From assembly GCF_002075285.3 (NCBI RefSeq), contig NZ_CP021983.2, positions 2,550,001-2,582,000 of the forward strand: a stretch of 32,000 nt of DNA. The letters run 5' to 3'. The DNA comes from Halomicronema hongdechloris C2206. GTDB taxonomy: Bacteria > Cyanobacteriota > Cyanobacteriia > Phormidesmidales > Phormidesmidaceae. Below are positions 7,900 to 14,623 of this stretch, piece by piece (positions within the stretch are counted from its first letter, which is position 1; every line of letters begins with the position of its first letter). Made by a program: the position numbers and the translations under genes. The notes beneath the pieces are model-generated. The model worked only from the letters and a program-made list of their open reading frames with translations. It did no database searches and was not told the DNA's origin.

Positions 7900-8697
7900 A
7901 TGCAATCTCAGGAGCAACTACAACGGCGGCTAAGCGCAGCTTTCGACGAGCGACAGGCTGCTGTGCTGGCTGAGGTTGTAACCGAAGCCTACTCAGAGCT
8001 GGTGAAGACCCATGATTTCAATGAACTGAAAGAGATCGTGCGTGAGTTGGCTCAGGCGCAAACTCGCACTGAACAGCAGGTTGATACTCTAGCCCTGCGC
8101 ATGGATGAGTTGGCTCAGGCGCAAACCCGCACTGAACAGCAGGTTGATACTCTAGCCCTGCGCATGGATGAGTTGGCTCAGGCGCAAACCCGCACCGAAC
8201 AACGGGTAGATACTCTGGCAGTGCGTATGGATGAACTGGCCCAGGCTCAGACTCGTACTGAAGAGGCTGTACGCGAACTGGCAGAGGGGCAGCGGGATTT
8301 GCGACGGCAGTTGGGGGGCCTGGCTATGACGGTGGGCTATCGCTTAGAAGATGATGCCTATAAGGCTCTGCCTGCTCTAATGGAACGGGACCATGGGGTG
8401 CGGGTACAGGGACGGCTGAAGCGTGGATACCTTAACGATGCCCAGGGTCGCTCTCTGGAGGTGAATATTCTAGGGAACGCCATCTGGGAGGGAGAACCAG
8501 CCACCATCATCGGCGAAAGTAAGAGTCAGCTATCGGCTCCAGAAATCGAGCGGTTCATCCGGCGGCGATTACAACCTTTACAGCAGGTGCTTCCTAGGGT
8601 GTTTCCGGTACTGGTGACCCATATGGTGTCGGGACCGGAGGTCGATGACTATGCGCGGCAGCGGGGTATTGCTCTCTATTATTCCTACGACTTTTGA
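7900..8697 (+). CDS. Coiled-coil protein with C-terminal PD-(D/E)XK-like domain (DUF3782 type, sometimes annotated chordopoxvirus fusion protein)
   Basis: The N-terminus reads QEQLQRRLSAAFDERQAAVLAEVVTEAYSELVKTHDFNELKEIV. It is followed by a 21-aa repeat coiled coil. The C-terminus reads GYRLEDDAYKALPALMERDHG...LEVNILG...IIGESKSQL...VLVTHM...ALYYSYDF, typical of this multicopy cyanobacterial family as I recall it. Confidence 0.7.
   Translation: MQSQEQLQRRLSAAFDERQAAVLAEVVTEAYSELVKTHDFNELKEIVRELAQAQTRTEQQVDTLALRMDELAQAQTRTEQQVDTLALRMDELAQAQTRTEQRVDTLAVRMDELAQAQTRTEEAVRELAEGQRDLRRQLGGLAMTVGYRLEDDAYKALPALMERDHGVRVQGRLKRGYLNDAQGRSLEVNILGNAIWEGEPATIIGESKSQLSAPEIERFIRRRLQPLQQVLPRVFPVLVTHMVSGPEVDDYARQRGIALYYSYDF
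8044..8265 (+). repeat. 63-bp (21-codon) tandem repeat, 3 full units plus a diverged fourth
   Basis: Units start at 8044, 8107, 8170 and 8233. Units 1 and 2 differ at one base (aaactcgc versus aaacccgc). Each encodes ELAQAQTRTEQQVDTLALRMD. Confidence 0.9.
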
Positions 8698-9230
8698 GAT
8701 TTGGCTTCTGGTGTCTTTGCTGACTTTGAAGGAATATCCCCTCTGTTGAGGTGAGGATGTCAGTTGGTGGCAATAGATCACGGTAAGACCACACTGAATC
8801 GTGTAGCTCGGGTTGCTTCGCCCGGGGAATTTCGCTTTCCCCGGACCCCTACGACCAGGGCAAACCGCTTGTGGTGAGCCTGTCGAGCCACCGCCCTGGA
8901 CCTGCGGAAGGGGATGTCGATCGGTCGTTATGGATCGCGTTGCATCGGCAAGGTAGCCGGTTTTCTGCATTGGCGCGGCAACCGCGCCCCTACCCTGTCC
9001 CCTTACCCTCTATCCGCTATCGGCCTACTCGCCCGCCCATCCACCGTTTCGACTCCGTTGCTCCTTAACCCCTCCGGGGTCGCTTCGCGAGCGGAGCCGC
9101 TGACGCGCTTGGCAAAGCCTGGCTGCAAGCCATACACGGCAAGCCCATCCACCGTTCGACAGGAGCCAAAACATTCACTCACTCAAAACTCAGCCCTCCA
9201 GTCAGGCTCCGCCTTGCTTGAATGCCGTTA

Positions 9231-9300
9231 GGCTATACACCCCATCACCCCTACCCTTCGGGAAGCCGCTACGCGTCTACACCCCATCACCCCATCCACT
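9231..9300. repeat. C-rich intergenic repeat (CCATCACCCCTA..CCCTTCGGG..CTACACCCCATCACCC)
   Basis: It shares ordered blocks with 11708-11790. The 12-mer caggctccgcct occurs at 9201-9212 and also in the 11.7-kb copy. Confidence 0.5.
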
Positions 9301-9351
9301 CACCAATGAGGATCGATCTACAATCACCCTATTGAGAACGAGTCAGACACC

Positions 9352-10128
9352 ATGAGGGCTTTACCAGCCAGAGACATTCTCGGGGTGCGGGTGGATGGCA
9401 CCAGCTATGGGGATGCTTGCGATCGCATCTGGGCCTGGACCGAGAGCGGCACCCCGGCCTATGTGGTGGCGGCTAATGTGCACGTGATCATGACGGCCTA
9501 CTGGAACCGGGCTTTTCGCCGGGTGCTGCGACGAGCGGCCCTGGTGACTCCCGATGGCATGCCTTTGGTGCTGGGGCTACGCTGGCTGGGCTTGACCGGC
9601 CAAGGGCGGGTCTATGGGCCTGATCTGATGCTGGCCTGGTGTCAGCGGGCAGCCCGAGCAGGCCTACCCATCTATCTCTATGGCGGCAGCGAGGCGACTC
9701 TGGCCCAGTTGCGGGTAAACCTCAGCGACTGGTTTCCTGACTTAAAGATTGCCGGTAGCCATGCTCCCCCTTTCCGGTCTCTGACCCCTGCAGAAGACAT
9801 TGTCGACCGGCAACGGATTCAGGCCTCTGGAGCTAAGGTAGTGCTGGTAGGCCTGGGTTGCCCCAAGCAAGAACATTGGATGGCGCGCCAGGTTTCCCAC
9901 CTGCCGCTGGTGATGATCGGGGTGGGGGCGGCTTTTAGTTTTCACAGTGGCACGGTGGCCCAGGCCCCCCGCTGGATGATGGGCTGCAGCCTGGAATGGC
10001 TCTATCGCCTGGGTCGAGAACCGCGACGGCTGTGGCGGCGCTATTTGATCAACAATCCGGCCTTCATGCTGCTGTTTGGCCTACAGCTGCTGCGGCAGCG
10101 CCTAGGGTTGGCTTCCTCCCAGCCGTGA
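9352..10128 (+). CDS. WecB/TagA/CpsF-family (GT26) glycosyltransferase
   Basis: ILGVRVDG...VVAANVHVIM...VTPDGMPLV...VYGPDLM...YLYGG...GLGCPKQEHWM is the canonical GT26 pattern. Confidence 0.9.
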   Translation: MRALPARDILGVRVDGTSYGDACDRIWAWTESGTPAYVVAANVHVIMTAYWNRAFRRVLRRAALVTPDGMPLVLGLRWLGLTGQGRVYGPDLMLAWCQRAARAGLPIYLYGGSEATLAQLRVNLSDWFPDLKIAGSHAPPFRSLTPAEDIVDRQRIQASGAKVVLVGLGCPKQEHWMARQVSHLPLVMIGVGAAFSFHSGTVAQAPRWMMGCSLEWLYRLGREPRRLWRRYLINNPAFMLLFGLQLLRQRLGLASSQP

Positions 10129-10181
10129 CAGGTTTTGGCCCAGAGTGTGGCATCCTAACCCTGCGGCTCCCCCCGATTCCC

Positions 10182-11597
10182 ATGCCCCATCGTGATATTC
10201 GTGCCCCCCGCACCCCCCAACTGAAACAGATCTGGACTTGGCGCTGGCAACGGGTGCTACTGCTAGTGCTGAGCGATATTCTCGCCCTGACGGTGGCCTG
10301 GCGTATTGCCCACTTTCTCAACCAGTTTTTCTCCCCCATTCCCGATCAGTTGGTCTGGTGGGTCTGGCTGGATCTGCCCAGCCTGTTCTGGATTTTTGTG
10401 CCCGTCACCCTGGCGGTATTCGCCCAGTATGGCCTCTACGGTCCCCTCACCCAGGTGAAAAACTACGTGCGGGCGGCGCAGCTGATTACGGCCATCTACC
10501 TGCTGTCGTTGGTGCTGGTCTACTTTTATGATCCGAAGTTAGACCCACCCCGGTCGCTGTTTTTCTCGGCCTGGGGCAGCAGCGTGGCCCTGGTGATGCT
10601 GGCCCGGTTGCTGGTCACCCTGGTGTTGCGGCCCATCGAGCAACGGTGGGTGCAGGGGCGGCTATTTTTAATCGCCTCGGCCCGCCGCCTGAAGCTACTC
10701 TCCGATACCTTGCAGCAACGCTCCTCTATGACTGTAGTGGGGTCGGCCCTGGCCACCACCGCCAATAGCCCCATCACCCTGCAGGCCATTCTCAAGTCGG
10801 GGGCGCAATTGGTGCTGGCTGAAGATCTTCCTGATGCTACCCTGGCCTCTAGCCTCTACTGGCAGCTGCGCCGGGCCGGCATTGCCCTGCGACTGGTGCC
10901 CTCTAGTCGGGAAATGCTCTATCGTCGCGGCGTGCCGGAGATCTTCGCCGGTATTCCTACCCTGCGCTTAGACGCGCCCCTGGTGGATGGCTTAGATTAC
11001 CGCCTCAAGCGCACCCTGGACTATGTGGGGGCGGCTCTGGGGATGTTGGTACTGGCGCCGTTATTGTTGGGGGCTGCGATCGCAATTCGCCTCGATTCCC
11101 CTGGCCCCATCTTCTTTCGCCAGGAACGTATCGGCCTCCATGGCAAGGTGTTCCCGATGTGGAAGTTTCGCACCATGGCCGCCGACGCCGCCCGGCAGCA
11201 GATCACCCTGGAAACCCAAAACCAAAGTCAGGACGGCATCCTGTTCAAACTCAAGAGCGACCCCCGCATCACCCGAGTGGGCCAGTTTCTGCGCCGCACC
11301 AGCCTGGATGAACTGCCCCAACTCTTCAACGTACTCTGGGGCCAGATGAGCCTGGTTGGTCCTCGCCCCCTACCGCTGCGAGACGTGGCCCACTTCGACG
11401 CTGGCCACCACGTGCGCCACCAAGTCTTGCCCGGCATCACCGGCCTCTGGCAGATCTCCGGCCGCTCCGACATCGGCAGCTTCGACGATGCCGCCCGCCT
11501 CGACCTCCACTACATCGACAACTGGTCCCTCAACCTGGATCTCGATATCTTGATGGAGACCTTGAAGATTGTGCTACTCGGTAAAGGAGCGTATTAG
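10182..11597 (+). CDS. Polyprenyl-phosphate glycosyl-1-phosphate (sugar) transferase, WbaP/EpsB-like
   Basis: Multi-TM N-terminus plus a Bac_transf core: [22 protein letters not shown]...[30 protein letters not shown]...[21 protein letters not shown]. The start is set at ATG 10182 (MPHRD...), downstream of the GT26 stop, rather than at the overlapping ORF start 9996. Confidence 0.9.
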   Translation: MPHRDIRAPRTPQLKQIWTWRWQRVLLLVLSDILALTVAWRIAHFLNQFFSPIPDQLVWWVWLDLPSLFWIFVPVTLAVFAQYGLYGPLTQVKNYVRAAQLITAIYLLSLVLVYFYDPKLDPPRSLFFSAWGSSVALVMLARLLVTLVLRPIEQRWVQGRLFLIASARRLKLLSDTLQQRSSMTVVGSALATTANSPITLQAILKSGAQLVLAEDLPDATLASSLYWQLRRAGIALRLVPSSREMLYRRGVPEIFAGIPTLRLDAPLVDGLDYRLKRTLDYVGAALGMLVLAPLLLGAAIAIRLDSPGPIFFRQERIGLHGKVFPMWKFRTMAADAARQQITLETQNQSQDGILFKLKSDPRITRVGQFLRRTSLDELPQLFNVLWGQMSLVGPRPLPLRDVAHFDAGHHVRHQVLPGITGLWQISGRSDIGSFDDAARLDLHYIDNWSLNLDLDILMETLKIVLLGKGAY

Positions 11598-11665
11598 GAG
11601 TGGGGGAGTAATGGAGTGGGGAGTAATGGAGTGGGGGAGTGGGGGAGTTTTGAATTTTGAATTGC
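11597..11665. repeat. G-rich short tandem repeats (GGAGTGGGGAGTAAT x~2.5, GGGGAGT, TTTGAAT x2)
   Basis: The repeat reads directly after the stop codon: gagtgggggagtaatggagtggggagtaatggagtgggggagtgggggagttttgaattttgaattgc. The 13-mer aattttgaattgc recurs at 17812-17824. Confidence 0.7.
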
Positions 11666-11707
11666 AGCATAACTGCGAGAACTCAACACTCAAAACTAAG
11701 ACCTTAA

Positions 11708-11790
11708 AACTCCATCACCCCTAAGCCCTTCGGGCAGGCTCCGCCTACACCCCATCACCCACCCCTCAATCACCCCTTCCGTCCTCCCCT
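11708..11790. repeat. C-rich intergenic repeat, second copy
   Basis: ctccatcacccctaagcccttcgggcaggctccgcctacaccccatcacccacccc parallels 9237-9296. Confidence 0.5.
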
Positions 11791-11866
11791 CCCATGCCTC
11801 TCCTCCTCTATCTCGCCCTGATTACCTCCTGGATCTTCGCCTGGATGCCGCTGAGCTACTACCCGC

Positions 11867-14620
11867 ATGGTCAGTTGGCCCTGGATCGCGATCTGGCAGG
11901 GGGGCACGCTGCTGTTGGGGCTGGCCACGATCGGGCAATTACGGCGGTTTCAGCGGCCCTGGCGGGGGCTGGGCTATGGCTTCGATGGGTTGGTGCTAGC
12001 GACGGCTCTGGGATTGACCCTGGCGACGGTAGTAGCCCCCTTTCCCACCGTGGCTGCCTGGACCCTGACCCAGGGGCTGGGCTATGGGCTGCTGCTCTAC
12101 GTGGCCCGCAATGCCCTGAGTCAGCCTCGTTTTTCTTCCACAGTACTCTGGTGGGGCCTAGCTGGGATGGCGGTTGGGGTGGCGGTGATCAGTCTCAGCT
12201 ATTGGCGACCGGATGCGGCCATGTGGCAGCAGGGCAATTTTTGCAACGCCATTCGCAACCTCTATCCCCTGGGCCATCACAATTTTGTCGGCGGCTATTT
12301 CGCCTTAACGCTGCCCTTGGCAGTGGCCTTGGCGTTGGCCCAGTCAGGCTGGCGGCGCTGGCTGGGGTTAGGGCTGGCCCTGGTGGTCGCCCTGGCCCTC
12401 TATGTCAGTGGCTCCCGGGGGGCGGCCCTGGGCTTAGTGGTGTGGCTGCTGGTGACTCTGGTCAGCGTCGTTGGGCGTCGTCAAGGCAAGCAGCGTTGGC
12501 GCTTGGGCCTGCTGGGGCTGGTGTTGCTGCTGCTGGTGACGGCGGCCATGGCTACCAATCCCCGGGTGCGGGATCTTATGCAGGGATTGGCCTTGGACCC
12601 GGATGAACCAGTGGCGGTGGCGGTCAGTGATGGTCCGGCTCGCGATCGCATCTTCATGCTGGGCACCGCCGCCAACATCCTGCGGGATCGGCCTCTGCTG
12701 GGGATAGGCCCCGGCAACATGGGCCGAGTGTCTAACCGCTATCGCCCCATCGAGGCCGGGGCCGGGTTGGACCATGTGCAGCAACTACACAATACGCCAG
12801 CTCAATTGGCCGGTGAACTGGGGCTGGTGGGCATCGGCCTCTATTTGGCCTGGTGGGTCTTGGTGGGACGACTCTGCTGGCGGCTCCATCGCGCCCCCTT
12901 GACGCCCCCTGACCGGACCCTGCTCTATGGCATCGGCGGCAGTTATCTGGCCTACGGCGTCTCCAGCCTCACCGATTACCAGCTGGAAAACATTCCCATC
13001 GCCGTCACCCTCAGCCTCAGTCTGGTCATGCTGCTGGGCTTAGCCGATACCTATCTGGTGAAAGACACCGCGGCCATGAGTTGGCCCCAACGGAGTCGAC
13101 GCTGGACCAGCCTCGGGGTGCTGGCCCTAGTAGCCCTGGCCATCCGTCTCTGGCTCCCCTTCGATCTCTCCCTGGCTTTGGGCCAAAGCGCCATCAGCCA
13201 ATTGCAACAGCAAAACCTGGTCACCGCCGATAGTCGCTGGCAGAAGGCCACTCGCCTGGCCCCCTGGGATCCCACCTTCGGGGCCCTGGCGGGGGAAGAA
13301 CTGCTGCAGGTAGAGTCCTGGGCCGACAGCGACAGCAACCAGCAGGTGATTCGCCAGGCCGTCTACGACTATTTTCATCAGGCCCAGGCGGCGGCTCCCA
13401 ATGATGTCTGGTTCAACCAGAACCTGGCCGTGCTCTACTACCAGGACGGCGACTGGCAGCAGGCGGAGCACTATGGCCGCCGCGCCGCCCAGCTATTACC
13501 CCGCAATCAGAGTTTCATCTATGCCCTGCTGGGACTGATTTATCTGGCCCAGGAGAGCCCGGACCAAGCCGTGGCCGCCTTGGCCATCGAAGCCCTGGTG
13601 CATCCCGATTTTTTGACCTATCCCGCCTGGCAGCAGCCCCCCCTCGCCGCCGTCTATCCCCAGGTGGTTGAAGCCACTCTAGGCCACTACGATACCCTAT
13701 TAGTCGACGTCTCGCCTGCCACTCCCGGCTATGACAGGCTACAGACCAACGTCCAGGCCCTGCGCTGGTGGTTAGGGCGGCCTATACCGTCTGCTGACCA
13801 ATCGAAGAGGACCTCTACAGTCGCCCTCCACCAAAATGGGCGTGGCTTGCTTCTCGAAGAGTGGGGGAGACCCGAAGCAGCTTTCCATCTCCCCTTCTCC
13901 CCTCGTGGGAGAAGGGGCTGGGGGATGAGGGAAAGACCCAACCAGCAAGGAGGTCATAACTTGTGTGCACTGAGTAGTGAGGGGGAAGCAGCGGCATCCC
14001 TTTCCCACTCCCCTGCTCCCCTTGTGGGAGTAAGGGCTGGGGGAAGAGGGGTAGCCACCGGCCACAAGCAATCCACAGCAACGGAAAGTTCGTTTATCAA
14101 GTCCTCCGTCCTCCGCCCTCCGCCCTCCGCCCTCTTACGGACCTTGATGCTGGCGGAACCCGACCCCGAGCAAGCCCTAGACGTCCTCAATCAAGCCATC
14201 GCTGCAGGCGACGGCTCCCCCTCCCTGCAATTACTGCGGGCCTGGCTTGCCCCTGAGGTCTACCTAGACGACTACCTGGCCGCCACCGACCTCTCCGATC
14301 AAGAACGTCAGGTGTTGCAGGGTCACATGCTAGAAGAACGTAATCTGCGCGACTGGATGCGATCGCTGACTCAGGCCGTAACGGCTCGTTATCGTGGTTC
14401 CCTGGCCTTCTCCTACCGCAACCGCGCCGCCAACCAGATCAGCCTGATTCTGCAACCAACCGAGCTAGAAACCTATACCCTGGTAGAGCAGTTGGGGCTA
14501 TTCCGAGACTGGCCGCGAGAATTTCCCGCCCTCGACTATCAAATCGAGCGCCTCTGTATCCAGGCCTTGAATCTGCCCCATCCCACCTGCCAAGACCGCA
14601 CTGCAGCGCCCTGTGGTTAA
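11867..14620 (+). CDS. O-antigen ligase/polymerase-like (Wzy_C) membrane protein with TPR-like C-terminal half, carrying an in-frame repeat insert
   Basis: Polytopic N-terminal half with YVSGSRGAALGL and GIGPGNMG...QQLHNTPAQLAGELGLVG (Wzy_C loop motif). It is a paralog of 14624-17146. The upstream frame (11794-11866) encodes a helix resembling the paralog N-terminus, so a frameshift is possible. Confidence 0.8.
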   Translation: MVSWPWIAIWQGGTLLLGLATIGQLRRFQRPWRGLGYGFDGLVLATALGLTLATVVAPFPTVAAWTLTQGLGYGLLLYVARNALSQPRFSSTVLWWGLAGMAVGVAVISLSYWRPDAAMWQQGNFCNAIRNLYPLGHHNFVGGYFALTLPLAVALALAQSGWRRWLGLGLALVVALALYVSGSRGAALGLVVWLLVTLVSVVGRRQGKQRWRLGLLGLVLLLLVTAAMATNPRVRDLMQGLALDPDEPVAVAVSDGPARDRIFMLGTAANILRDRPLLGIGPGNMGRVSNRYRPIEAGAGLDHVQQLHNTPAQLAGELGLVGIGLYLAWWVLVGRLCWRLHRAPLTPPDRTLLYGIGGSYLAYGVSSLTDYQLENIPIAVTLSLSLVMLLGLADTYLVKDTAAMSWPQRSRRWTSLGVLALVALAIRLWLPFDLSLALGQSAISQLQQQNLVTADSRWQKATRLAPWDPTFGALAGEELLQVESWADSDSNQQVIRQAVYDYFHQAQAAAPNDVWFNQNLAVLYYQDGDWQQAEHYGRRAAQLLPRNQSFIYALLGLIYLAQESPDQAVAALAIEALVHPDFLTYPAWQQPPLAAVYPQVVEATLGHYDTLLVDVSPATPGYDRLQTNVQALRWWLGRPIPSADQSKRTSTVALHQNGRGLLLEEWGRPEAAFHLPFSPRGRRGWGMRERPNQQGGHNLCALSSEGEAAASLSHSPAPLVGVRAGGRGVATGHKQSTATESSFIKSSVLRPPPSALLRTLMLAEPDPEQALDVLNQAIAAGDGSPSLQLLRAWLAPEVYLDDYLAATDLSDQERQVLQGHMLEERNLRDWMRSLTQAVTARYRGSLAFSYRNRAANQISLILQPTELETYTLVEQLGLFRDWPREFPALDYQIERLCIQALNLPHPTCQDRTAAPCG
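13861..14055 (+). repeat. Two copies of a ~75-bp hairpin element inside the CDS
   Basis: Copy A has a perfect 11-bp stem, ccccttctccc(13891-13901)/gggagaagggg(13907-13917), followed by ctgggggatgaggg. Copy B (~13978-14055) has a degenerate stem followed by ctgggggaagaggg. Confidence 0.65.
14102..14134 (+). repeat. Heptanucleotide tandem repeat (YCCTCCG x4.7) inside the CDS
   Basis: tcctccg tcctccg ccctccg ccctccg ccctc, read directly from the sequence. Confidence 0.85.
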
Positions 14621-14623
14621 GCC

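Noticed and set aside
5180-7973. Nested ORFs within the GT-A and GT4 genes (5180-5545, 6743-7354, 7158-7385, 7428-7688 and 7710-7973).
   Set aside because: They are alternative-frame or antisense ORFs inside strongly supported CDSs, with low-complexity translations.
8044-8265. CRISPR array, considered here and at 17321-17446.
   Set aside because: The repeats are directly tandem with no unique spacers. The first set lies in-frame inside a CDS. No cas genes are in the window.
8698-9351. Possible structured RNA gene (tmRNA, SRP RNA, RNase P RNA or a group II intron remnant) in the long spacer.
   Set aside because: Only superficial matches are present, such as cgtttcgac and ggacctgcggaagggg. 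The spacer lacks the SRP GGAAGGAAGCAGC core, the RNase P GAAAGTCCGG motif, tRNA-like ends and a domain V-like hairpin. It is kept as an unexplained spacer, not an RNA call.
9996-10181. A 62-aa N-terminal extension of the sugar transferase from the ORF-track start.
   Set aside because: It overlaps the 3' end of the GT26 gene by 133 nt and encodes Ala/Pro-rich low-complexity sequence. ATG 10182 lies downstream of the GT26 stop and precedes the first TM helix.
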